Shown: one piece after another, positions 1 to 8,216 of the stretch
How the letters are laid out: each line of letters starts with the position of its first letter
How positions within the stretch are numbered: the stretch's first letter is position 1
Source of the DNA: Dehalococcoidia bacterium
Lineage (GTDB): Bacteria > Chloroflexota > Dehalococcoidia > Dehalococcoidales > RBG-16-60-22
Reading direction: 5' to 3'
NCBI GenBank assembly: GCA_030605045.1
Contig: JAUWBK010000001.1
Coordinates: 1 to 33,933 of the forward strand
DNA length: 33,933 nucleotides
Notes under the pieces: generated by a model
Seen by the model: the letters and a program-made list of their open reading frames with translations, nothing else
Database searches by the model: none
Told to the model about the DNA's origin: nothing
Position numbers and translations under genes: made by a program

Positions 1-177
1 TTTGCTTACGCCATATTCTTCCTCCGCGGTGCGGCTGACCCAGAGCTGGGGGTGACTACGGTGGACATAATTCGGGGGGTAATTCCATTTGTTATCCTCA
101 TCATGGTTGGCCTTGGCCTATGTGTAGCTTTTCCTCAGCTAATCCTCTGGCTACCCCATCAGATGATTAAGTTTTAA
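1..177 (+). CDS. dctM: TRAP transporter large permease (DctM family), last 58 codons only; the 5' part lies outside the window
   Basis: Frame 1 is open from base 1 to TAA at 175-177. The product FAYAIFFLRGAADPELGVTTVDIIRGVIPFVILIMVGLGLCVAFPQLILWLPHQMIKF aligns position-for-position with the C-terminus of the complete DctM at 31643-32986. Confidence 0.85.
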   Translation, partial: FAYAIFFLRGAADPELGVTTVDIIRGVIPFVILIMVGLGLCVAFPQLILWLPHQMIKF

Positions 178-224
178 TGAAGCAGTTGCCCCGGGTTTAA
201 AAATCTAGTCAAGGAGGTTATTTG

Positions 225-623
225 ATGGAAAGGAAAGAGCCTTATGCCAGCCAGGAAGAATTCAACAAACGGGTTGTCCACTACCCCGATGTTCCCCCTG
301 TAGAACTGTGGCCCGGTGTATCCAGCCACCTTGTTTCTGTTAAAAACATCACCGTCAGCTTTATCACCATGAGTCCAAACGTTACCACTACGGCTCACCG
401 CCATGAAGCGGAACAGGTCATGATAGTTGTAGATGGTGAAATCGACCAAATAGTTGAGGGAAAGATATATCACCTTAAGAAAGGTGATGTTATCACCCTG
501 CCCTCGAACGAAGAACACGCAGCTTATGTTTCTGATAAAGGTTGCCACGTCATCGATGTTTTTTCACCGCCACGAGAGGACCTCGTAGCAAAACTAAAAG
601 AGGTCTTAGAAGGGAAAACCTAG
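225..623 (+). CDS. cupin-domain protein (about 132 aa)
   Basis: AGGAGG at 212-217 is followed by ATG 225 (TTG 222 is an alternative). Cupin metal-binding pattern AHRHEAEQVMIVVDGE ... GDVITLPSNEEHA. Confidence 0.8.
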   Translation: MERKEPYASQEEFNKRVVHYPDVPPVELWPGVSSHLVSVKNITVSFITMSPNVTTTAHRHEAEQVMIVVDGEIDQIVEGKIYHLKKGDVITLPSNEEHAAYVSDKGCHVIDVFSPPREDLVAKLKEVLEGKT

Positions 624-867
624 ACTAGAACAATGTAGTTAGCCTCAGGGATGTCGGGAAAAAGAAACGAAATATGAGCTATCTGGGTTAACTCCTATCA
701 GATGCAACTTGGGAAAAACCCTGTCAAGTGCCAGTCCTTTGAAATGCTATAAAAGTCACTTGTAATGATTCTCGGGTAAAAGATTGAAGTATAAGCGTTA
801 TATGTAGGATGTAATTCATAATTGAGCAGTATGGCTGGTTAGAATTCCAAAGAAAGGAATTATCTAA

Positions 868-1536
868 ATGGTTAATTTTGCCAATGAGAACGAAATGTTT
901 GATATGATGCGGGACAAGTTGAATGCCGCCGTAATTTCGGATATCCTTGATGGTCTTGGCGCTCGCGAACAGGGGATGAGAGCTGATATCCGCCCCATCT
1001 ACCAAGGGGCAATTGTCGTCGGTAGGGCCTACACCGTCATCACTGCCGATATCTTCCAGGTTATTGATGACCCATACGGAGGCGAAATTGAAGCTGTTGA
1101 TTCGCTAAAGCCCAACGACGTAATGGTAGTCTGCACCAACCGTTCCACACACACCTGCTTCTGGGGCGAGTTGCTTTCTACCGCAGCTCGAGCCCGTGGT
1201 GCTCGTGGGATAGTGATCGATGGTTATACCAGGGACGTGGCTCAAATCAGCGCCATGGAATTCCCCACTTTTGCTACCGGGGTTAGTATGGTTGACTCGA
1301 AGGGAAGGAGCATAGTAATCGACCATGGCTGCCCGGCGAATTGTGGCGATGTACTTGTCAACACCGGGGATATTGTTTTCGGTGACATAGATGGGGTGGT
1401 CGTCATTCCCAAAGCACTTGAGAGGGAAGTCATTCCACTGGCTCTGGAAAAGGTAGGGAAGGAAAACTTGCTTCGCGGTGAGTTGCTCAGGGGAGCGCTA
1501 CTGCGGGATGCTTACGATAAGTACAAAATACTTTGA
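868..1536 (+). CDS. RraA family protein (4-hydroxy-4-methyl-2-oxoglutarate aldolase / RraA-like)
   Basis: 222-aa ORF with family-typical stretches [49 protein letters not shown]. Confidence 0.8.
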   Translation: MVNFANENEMFDMMRDKLNAAVISDILDGLGAREQGMRADIRPIYQGAIVVGRAYTVITADIFQVIDDPYGGEIEAVDSLKPNDVMVVCTNRSTHTCFWGELLSTAARARGARGIVIDGYTRDVAQISAMEFPTFATGVSMVDSKGRSIVIDHGCPANCGDVLVNTGDIVFGDIDGVVVIPKALEREVIPLALEKVGKENLLRGELLRGALLRDAYDKYKIL

Positions 1537-1694
1537 TGCCTTGCCGAAGTAAATTTGTTCAGTGTTACGGCGGGTGGGGCTACTCTCACATCCTAAATTA
1601 CGTCGTTCCGATGATGCTACAAAGAGGTATGACTCGGGAACAGATAGACACAATCATGGTGGAAAATCCGAAAAGGTTACTCTGTTTCGTTTGA
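1536..1694 (+). pseudogene. 52-codon remnant matching only the C-terminus of phosphotriesterase-family (PTE/Php, amidohydrolase superfamily) proteins
   Basis: ATG 1536 overlaps the RraA stop (TGATG). The product is [52 protein letters not shown]. The pattern GG-GY--IL---VP-L---G-----ID-----NP-R matches, from memory, the last ~50 residues of ~300-aa Php/PTE proteins. No upstream PTE sequence is present. Confidence 0.5.
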
Positions 1695-1737
1695 GCTAAT
1701 TTGGACTGCAGGTTCGGTGGCAAGGGCGAGAGGGCAA

Positions 1738-2981
1738 TGAAAAAGTTGGTTTCCATCGTTAGAGTAGATGAATCAGGTATCGAAGCTGCGGTGCGTAAGG
1801 CAATAGACCTAGCCGGTGGCCTTAAGGAAATAATAACCGCCGATTCCAGGGTTCTGGTTAAGCCCAACCTTTGTTGGCCGGGGCCCTCGGGAACGGGCTC
1901 CATCACCGATTATCGTGTTACCGAGGCAGTTACCAAAATAGTACTGGAGCTGGGACCTAAATCGGTAATCATTGGTGAGGGCTCCAGTGCCGGGTGGGAC
2001 TTTGACTCTAGCCACAGCACCGAAGAAGCTTTCCGGGTCTCGGGCACAGCCGATGTTGCCCGCAGGCTTGGTGTGGAACTGCGCAACCTTAACCGTGATA
2101 CATTCGAGGAAGTGACCTTATCTGAACCCTACGTTATGAAAAAGGTCAGAATTGCCCGAACCGCTTTTGAAAGCGACGTTATCATCAGCGTACCGGTACT
2201 TAAGACCCACCTTCGAACCTTGGTTACTCTGAGTCTTAAGAATATGAAAGGGGTTATGCCTGGGGCCGAAAAGAGGAAAACCCATAGACTTGGCCTGGAT
2301 AAAGCAATCGCCGACCTGAACTCAGTGGTGAAACCCAGCTATGTCGTTGTTGATGCCCTGGCCGGGATGCAAGGGTTATGGGAATATCCTCAGGACAGGT
2401 TCGAGCTGGGACTGATAATGGCGGGGGCAGACCCGATTGCGGTGGATACAGCAGGTACCTGCCTGATGGGCTTTGACGCGACTCAGGTCATGCATCTTCA
2501 ATATTTCGCGGCCCGACAGGGAACTAAGGCTGACCTAAGCCAAGTGGCTGTGGTTGGCGAGTCTGTAGAGGCGAATAAACAGAGTTTGCGGTCTGGCTTC
2601 GATGTGTTTAAGGGCAGGTATCCAGGAGTATATATTGTTGAAGGAGAGTCAGTTTGTACTGGTTGTATAGGTGAATTGCTCGGCGCACTTCAGGCCGTTA
2701 AAAAGTTTGGCCATGACCACGTCTTGACCGACCTAACCGTTATTCTTGGTACTCCCAGTCCCAACGAGATTGCAGCCAGGGCTAAGACGGTTGTCCTCGG
2801 CAAATGCGCCAAAAACGTAGCTCGTTTTGGCACCTATGTTAAAGGCTGTCCTCCAATGAGCGACGACATGATTCGGGCCATCTGTGGGGTATCTAGCTTC
2901 GATGGTGATTCTGTCGTCGCGTCACGGAATCAGGATCGCCAGCGAAGATGGCAAGAGACGAGGTTCTTGCTGAAACACTAA
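1738..2981 (+). CDS. DUF362 domain protein (putative Fe-S binding)
   Basis: GAGAGGG precedes ATG 1738 (MKKLVSIVRV). DUF362-like stretches VLVKPNLC, VPVLKTHLRTLVTLSLKNMKGVMP. C-terminal Cys motifs CTGCIGE and GKCAKN...GCPP. Confidence 0.65.
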
Positions 2982-2984
2982 ATC

Positions 2985-4265
2985 TTACCGTCTAACCATA
3001 CCTAGTTCTGCCTTGTCGTACGCGACAACGGCGCTCAACAGGATATTGGCGCCAGCAGCCACATGTTCGGGTTCGGTTTTCTCAATCTCATTGTGGCTGA
3101 TGCCGTTCTCACACGGGATAAAGATCATCGCCGTCGGTGCCACTCGGGCTATATAGACGGCGTCGTGACCGGCACCAGAGACCATGTCACGATGGCGATA
3201 GCCCAAGTCCTCGGCGGCAGCACGGACGACGCTGACGCAGACCTCATCGAACCTCATGGACGGAGAGTTCCAGATGCTTTCCAGCTTTGCCTTGAGACCC
3301 GTGTCTGTCGCGACCCTATCTACCATCACCTTAAGCTCTTTATCCATCTCGTCCAGCACGGCATCGTTCGGATGGCGGAGATCAACGGAGAAGAAGACGG
3401 ACCCTGGGATCACGTTACGCGAGTTCGGCTTAACCTCAACCAAGCCGACTGTCGAGACGGCGAGTGGCGCATGATTTAGGGCGATTTTGTTGATTGCCTC
3501 GACCATTCGGGCGCAGGCCACCATGGCGTCCTTGCGCATATTCATCGGTGTGCTGCCGGCATGACTTTCACGGCCAGTCACGGTGACATCGTACCAGCGC
3601 TGGCCCTGCACACCAGTGACCACGCCGATTGTCTTATTCTCGACCTCCAGAACCGGACCCTGCTCAATGTGAAACTCAAAGTAGGCACCCAGCTTCTGGT
3701 CACCGCATTTGGTCTTACCATGATAGCCGATGCGCTCCAGTTCCTCGCCAAACTTCTTGCCGTCGCGGTCCTCACGGGCATAGGCGAAGTCCCGGTCGAA
3801 CACGCCAGCAAATACGCCCGAGGCGAACATAGGCGGATTGAAGCGGGAGCCTTCCTCGTTAGTCCAGTTGATCACTTCCAGTGGTGCCTTAGTTGTGTAG
3901 CCAGCATCGTTCAGGGTGCACAATACCTCCAGACCCGAGAGCACACCAAGGATGCCATCAAACTTGCCACCCGAGGGCTGGGTATCGAGATGGCTACCCA
4001 TAGCGATCGGTGGCAGTGAGTTGTCCTTGCCCGGCCGCCGGACGAAAATGTTACCCATCTCATCGATGGTGACCGTGCCGTCAATCGACTCGCATGTCTT
4101 GACGAACCAATCGCGTATCTGGCGGTCGCTATCGGTCAACGTTAACCGGCAGATACCGCCCCTGGCAGTACCGCCAATCTTCGCCGTCTCCATGATGTTA
4201 TTCCATAGTCGTTCGGCGTTGACCCGCAGGTTTTGCCGGTTACCCTTTATTTTCTTGGTATTCAT
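2985..4265 (-). CDS. M20-family Zn amidohydrolase (allantoate amidohydrolase / N-carbamoyl-L-amino-acid hydrolase / beta-ureidopropionase type)
   Basis: 426-aa ORF with the hallmark GSHLDTQPSGGKFDGILGVLSGLEV, an N-terminal RLWNNIMETAKIGG...GGICRLTLTDSDRQIRDWF, and GAGHDA near the C-terminus. Confidence 0.85.
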   Translation of the reverse strand: MNTKKIKGNRQNLRVNAERLWNNIMETAKIGGTARGGICRLTLTDSDRQIRDWFVKTCESIDGTVTIDEMGNIFVRRPGKDNSLPPIAMGSHLDTQPSGGKFDGILGVLSGLEVLCTLNDAGYTTKAPLEVINWTNEEGSRFNPPMFASGVFAGVFDRDFAYAREDRDGKKFGEELERIGYHGKTKCGDQKLGAYFEFHIEQGPVLEVENKTIGVVTGVQGQRWYDVTVTGRESHAGSTPMNMRKDAMVACARMVEAINKIALNHAPLAVSTVGLVEVKPNSRNVIPGSVFFSVDLRHPNDAVLDEMDKELKVMVDRVATDTGLKAKLESIWNSPSMRFDEVCVSVVRAAAEDLGYRHRDMVSGAGHDAVYIARVAPTAMIFIPCENGISHNEIEKTEPEHVAAGANILLSAVVAYDKAELGMVRR

Positions 4266-4325
4266 GTTAAAAAAATCCGGTACCGGTACTTGCCTAGATT
4301 ATACTATGCCTGATTCGTAGACATA

Positions 4326-4337
4326 GATTAATTATTC
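4326..4337 (+). repeat. left copy of the 12-bp direct repeat GATTAATTATTC bounding the AT-rich islet
   Basis: Exact 12-mer, also present at 5500-5511. It lies 61-72 nt upstream of the M20 start codon. Confidence 0.45.
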
Positions 4338-4389
4338 CGTGATAATCCATATCTATTCAGGGATACACTCCTTAAACTTATTCAGTCTG

Positions 4390-4878
4390 CTAATCTTCCT
4401 TATCAGGACTTAACTGCTTAGGATTGTGCTCAACCGTATCTATAACACGTCTCATTCTGCGAATAGGACCAATCATACTAAACTCAAGACAGAGTATCAT
4501 CCTCTTAGGGAGACGACTTGGCGGTATTGTAATAAGCCCTTTGGCGTCCACTGTTACAGTTATAGGAGCCGATATAGGCTCTATTACTAAGTTTTCTAAT
4601 AACGGCCCCGTCGGTTCAAGCCCCGCCTCATGAACTCTTAGGGGTGCCTCAGTCAAAGTTTTATGCCAAAACAGCCAATGTTTCTTTTTAAGATGCAATG
4701 CTGCTCTCAAAATAAATTCCCTGCGGTCTGGTCTATGATTGATGAACTCTAGGTCAGCCCACAAATATATGTGAGGGTCAGCACCAACATACACTTGAAT
4801 AATTGGCTTTTCTGATATCATTGAAGGAAGAGTATTAGGTCGTGCTTTACTATATGGTTTCTTAATTTCTATTTCCAT
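4390..4878 (-). CDS. hypothetical protein, 162 aa, family not recognised
   Basis: GGAGAGG precedes ATG 4878 (MEIEIKKPYSK...) by 3 nt (4879-4881). The longer 187-aa version (ATG 4953) would start at or upstream of the predicted TSS. AT-rich relative to its neighbours. Confidence 0.55.
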   Translation of the reverse strand: MEIEIKKPYSKARPNTLPSMISEKPIIQVYVGADPHIYLWADLEFINHRPDRREFILRAALHLKKKHWLFWHKTLTEAPLRVHEAGLEPTGPLLENLVIEPISAPITVTVDAKGLITIPPSRLPKRMILCLEFSMIGPIRRMRRVIDTVEHNPKQLSPDKED

Positions 4879-4959
4879 GTGCCTCTCCATAAGTTTACGC
4901 CAGAAAAACCGAAGCACAGGAAACCCATCCATAAACGCACCGACGATATCCATACCCCT

Positions 4960-5010
4960 ATTCTACTACTTAACATATATCTTGACCATCTCCTTCACCT
5001 GTGTTATAAT
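4960..5010. promoter_or_regulatory. back-to-back promoters sharing one -35 region
   Basis: Plus strand: TTGACC 4982-4987, 17-nt spacer, TGtTATAAT with the -10 at 5005-5010. Minus strand: TGGTCA 4988-4983, 17-nt spacer, TAGAAT 4965-4960. Confidence 0.45.
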
Positions 5011-5043
5011 TCGCATACGACTATCTTGTATGGAGGTTATATT

Positions 5044-5259
5044 ATGGCTTTCCCAGACGATGTTGTAAAAACCTGCTTTGAAATTGTTCATAATAAATGC
5101 GAGCGATGCAGGAAAACATTGGCGTGGAGTGATAGGGGTCCTGCAGGTGTGGGGACATGGCAAGCTCACCATATTGACGGGGACACCGATAATAATACCC
5201 ATTCTAACTGTAAAATTCTTTGCTGGTCTTGTCATAAACCAACCTTCTCAAACTCGTAA
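5044..5259 (+). CDS. small HNH endonuclease (71 aa)
   Basis: GGAGG 5032-5036 then ATG 5044. The product has CERC ... QAHHIDGDTDNNTHSNCKILCWSCH, i.e. a CxxC/CxxC zinc finger plus the H-N-H pattern. Confidence 0.7.
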   Translation: MAFPDDVVKTCFEIVHNKCERCRKTLAWSDRGPAGVGTWQAHHIDGDTDNNTHSNCKILCWSCHKPTFSNS

Positions 5260-5499
5260 ATTCTGGTCAATTCGCACAAGTACTGCCTTGAGTATGAATG
5301 CATAAAAAGCCAATATCTTGCTTGAGCAAACGGGGCTAAGATTAACTTCACCTGCTGTCGGGGTATGTAGGCAGGGTCTGACACACACAAGGTCGCTATC
5401 GCTACCTGTTAGCCATCCAAATGACCACGAATATGGGCATGGGCCACCTCCCCATTTGTAGAAATGGGGAAGCTTCCCTGGGTCAAGTATATAATCCCT

Positions 5500-5511
5500 G
5501 ATTAATTATTC
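5500..5511 (+). repeat. right copy of the 12-bp direct repeat GATTAATTATTC
   Basis: Exact match to 4326-4337. It overlaps the last codon and the stop codon (5506-5508) of the TPP-enzyme gene. Confidence 0.45.
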
Positions 5512-7176
5512 AGCACGTTGGAAATGGGACATATCGAGTCCAGTAACAACATCAATTACGGCCGGTATTCCTTCTCGGTTAACTTTCAAGGCTTCTTCCA
5601 GAGCTGGCTTTATTTCAGAAGGTTTTTCAATCCTTTTCCCGTAGCATTGACACGCCTCTGCCCACTTTACGAAGTCAGGTTGTACTTTGAATGTGCTGGT
5701 GTCCCATCCCACGGCTTTCATCTGATTATGTTTTACCCAGCCAAGGGCGGAGTTGTTCAGTACTATCCATGTGCAGCCTACGTTATACTGCGCGGCCGTG
5801 GGCAACTCCTTCATATACATTTGAAATGCTCCGTCACCGGTGACACAGACCACGTTCTTTTCTGGCCTGGTCAATTTGGCGGCAATTGCTCCGACGACAC
5901 CCATGCCCATACACGTTTGTTCAGCAACTGGCACACATTCCGATCTGTCCTGCACCTTGTAATACGGGAAGCAATATGACCAACAATCCTGAGAACCGTT
6001 CTCACTGACTAAGATTGTGTTCTCGCCAAACACTTTGCTCAACTCATATACGGTACGTTTTGCCGGAATCGGGGTAACTTCAACCACGCATTCCGCCTCC
6101 ACCTCTATTTCAAATTCCTTTTTTGCTTTTATAATCTCCTTTACCCGTGGTATTTCCTTGAAAATACTTTCCTTCTCAACTTTCCCCTTTGCGGCAGCGC
6201 TCAATTGCCTTAAAACGATTTGGGCATCGCCAACAATACCGACATCGGGTATCCAATTTCTCCCTATTTCAAATGAAGAGATGTCGATTTGGATGAATTT
6301 GGCCCCTTTCGGAAAATCCTTCCATTCATGTGTTTGGAAACTCTCGTTCCGAGTTCCAACGGTGATAATAAGATCGGCGTCAGAATAAACCGTCTTGCCA
6401 ACTTTAGTTCTATACAGACCGCATAGCCCAAGAGCCAAGGGGTGCTCTTCAGACAGGATTCCTCTACCACCGGGGGTGGTCATAAATGGTATGCCCAATA
6501 ATTCAATGAATTCTCTAAATTCCTCCGAGGCTCCGGATTGTACTGCCCCATTACCCGCTACCATCACCGGTCGCTTAGCCTTTAAAATTAGCGCTACGGC
6601 TTCATTGATTAGTTTTGGGTCGCCGGCGGTACGAACTTTTTTGGCTGGCACATATTCCGGTAAACTAACCTCGGCAAATGCATACTTGGAGGTACCGCTG
6701 ACATCATAGGGTATCTCCAGGAAAACTGGTCCTGGCTGACCGTTCATCGCTACCGAAAATGCCCTACGGATGAACCAAGGAATCCTTTCTGCGTAAGGAA
6801 TGCGAGCACTCCATTTGGTTATGGGTTTCATCATCGCCGTCTGGTCAGATTCCTGGAAATCTGCCATGCCTTCCGTTTTTTGAGATATAGCGGTACATAT
6901 TATTACCAGTGGTGAGCAACCAGAGTATGCCTCCAATACACTGGGAACCAAGTTGGCTACCCCGGGCCCGGTGCTGGCAGTGCAAACACCTGGCTTTCCA
7001 CTCAGTCTGGAGTAAGCCATTGCCATGAATGGTGCTGACCCCTCATATCTAAGATTTATTGATGTTATTCCGGGAGTTTTTTCGGCGAATAACTGCAGGC
7101 CGGTATCCCCTAGCCCAAAGACAAACTCAACTCCCTCAGACTTAACCATGTTGACAATTGCTTCCCACAAGTTCAT
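5506..7176 (-). CDS. thiamine-diphosphate-dependent enzyme, acetolactate synthase-like family (specific reaction not assignable)
   Basis: GGAGG 7191-7187 then ATG 7176 (MNLWEAIVNMVKSEGVEFVFG). N-terminal Pyr domain with catalytic-Glu context LRYEGSAPFMAMAYSR, GPGVANL, and C-terminal TPP-binding GDGAFQM...LNN. Confidence 0.85.
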   Translation of the reverse strand: MNLWEAIVNMVKSEGVEFVFGLGDTGLQLFAEKTPGITSINLRYEGSAPFMAMAYSRLSGKPGVCTASTGPGVANLVPSVLEAYSGCSPLVIICTAISQKTEGMADFQESDQTAMMKPITKWSARIPYAERIPWFIRRAFSVAMNGQPGPVFLEIPYDVSGTSKYAFAEVSLPEYVPAKKVRTAGDPKLINEAVALILKAKRPVMVAGNGAVQSGASEEFREFIELLGIPFMTTPGGRGILSEEHPLALGLCGLYRTKVGKTVYSDADLIITVGTRNESFQTHEWKDFPKGAKFIQIDISSFEIGRNWIPDVGIVGDAQIVLRQLSAAAKGKVEKESIFKEIPRVKEIIKAKKEFEIEVEAECVVEVTPIPAKRTVYELSKVFGENTILVSENGSQDCWSYCFPYYKVQDRSECVPVAEQTCMGMGVVGAIAAKLTRPEKNVVCVTGDGAFQMYMKELPTAAQYNVGCTWIVLNNSALGWVKHNQMKAVGWDTSTFKVQPDFVKWAEACQCYGKRIEKPSEIKPALEEALKVNREGIPAVIDVVTGLDMSHFQRAE

Positions 7177-7261
7177 TATTGCATCACCTCCTTTGACTAA
7201 TATTCTACTAGCCTTCTCGTCTATTTGGAAGTACCTCATATAAAAATGGGTGGATTATTGG

Positions 7262-7291
7262 TTGACAGACTATTTTAGGAAGTATTAGAAT
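7262..7291 (+). promoter_or_regulatory. sigma70-like promoter upstream of hisF
   Basis: TTGACA 7262-7267, 18-nt spacer, TAGAAT 7286-7291. This leaves a leader of about 140 nt. Confidence 0.4.
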
Positions 7292-7434
7292 ACGGAAAGC
7301 GGTTACCGCTATCCGTTCATTATAAATTATAGTCATAAGCTTTGGAGACGAGGAAGCGGACATTGACGCCGAAAATCCCGCCGTCAGCACTGTTATGGAA
7401 AACCAAAATCTAATCAGGTTTGAGGAGTGGTGAG

Positions 7435-8205
7435 ATGAAAGAGGTGAGAATCATACCCTGTCTTGATGTGAAAGATGGGAGGGTAGTCAAGGGGGTAAAT
7501 TTTGTCGACCTGAGGGATGCCCGTGACCCGGTAGAAGCGGCGGGGGCCTACTGCCGGGAAGGGGCTGATGAACTTGTCTTTCTCGACATTTTCGCTACGG
7601 TGCAGAATAGAAAAACGAGATTGGAGTGGGTGAAAAAGGTCTGTGATGTCGTCACCGTGCCTTTTGCCGTCGGTGGTGGCATAGGCAGCACTGAGGATAT
7701 GAGGGCATTAATTGACCTCGGTGTGGACAAGGTCTCGATAAATACGGCTGCGGTCAGGAATCCCGAACTCATAAGACAAGCCACGAAGGAATTTGGCAAG
7801 GAGAGGCTTGTGGTTGCCATTGATGGCCAGAAGAACCCGCTGGATAGCGGCCTCCCTCGACTAGAGGTAGTGGTTAAGAGTGGTAGCGAGCCCACGGGGA
7901 TGGGAATTGTGGAATGGGCGAAGCGGGTCGAGGAACTGGGTGCGGGGGAGATTTTGCTCACCAGCAAGGATGCCGATGGCACCAAAGAAGGCTACGACTT
8001 GGAAATGACGAAAGCGGTGGCTGAGGCAGTAACCATCCCGGTTATCGCTTCCGGAGGTGCCGGCAAATTAGAGCATCTTTATGAAGCGGTAACCATTGGC
8101 AAAGCGGCGGCAGTTTTGGCGGCTTCAGTCTTCCACTTTGGGGAGATATCAATACCTGAAGCCAAAAAATACCTTCAAGAAAGGGGAATACCCGTAAAAA
8201 CATAA
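7435..8205 (+). CDS. hisF: imidazole glycerol phosphate synthase cyclase subunit HisF (or a close paralogue)
   Basis: GAGGAG 7422-7427 then ATG 7435. [75 protein letters not shown]. Confidence 0.85.
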   Translation: MKEVRIIPCLDVKDGRVVKGVNFVDLRDARDPVEAAGAYCREGADELVFLDIFATVQNRKTRLEWVKKVCDVVTVPFAVGGGIGSTEDMRALIDLGVDKVSINTAAVRNPELIRQATKEFGKERLVVAIDGQKNPLDSGLPRLEVVVKSGSEPTGMGIVEWAKRVEELGAGEILLTSKDADGTKEGYDLEMTKAVAEAVTIPVIASGGAGKLEHLYEAVTIGKAAAVLAASVFHFGEISIPEAKKYLQERGIPVKT

Positions 8206-8216
8206 GGAGGTACAAG

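Noticed and set aside
3063-4320. Several plus-strand ORFs (138, 152, 134 aa and others) inside the M20 hydrolase gene
   Set aside because: They are shadow ORFs antisense to a well-supported CDS, with no RBS and Arg/Pro/Ser-rich products.
4879-5043. Longer versions of the islet ORFs (126-aa HNH ORF from 4879; 187-aa ORF from 4953)
   Set aside because: The extensions cross the predicted divergent promoter region and lack SD sequences. Internal ATGs at 5044 and 4878 are each preceded by a GGAGG-type SD (GGAGG and GGAGAGG).
5449-5470. 9-bp perfect hairpin TCCCCATTT-gtag-AAATGGGGA as a terminator for the HNH or TPP genes
   Set aside because: There is no T-tract on either strand after the stem, so it is not a canonical intrinsic terminator. 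It may still be a processing or stability element or part of the islet end. Left uncalled.
4266-5505. Calling the islet a defined mobile element (IS, MITE or integrative element)
   Set aside because: There is no transposase, integrase or recombinase and no convincing terminal inverted repeats. The only inverted match is an 8-mer, TCAGGGAT at 4358-4365 versus ATCCCTGA at 5494-5501. Only the 12-bp direct repeat and the compositional shift support mobility, so it is reported as a finding rather than as a mobile_element feature.
7292-7434. hisF leader as a riboswitch or T-box
   Set aside because: Only a simple nested hairpin (7292-7316) and an imperfect second stem were seen. There is no specifier or T-box sequence, or other consensus I can recognise, and no terminator/antiterminator pair.
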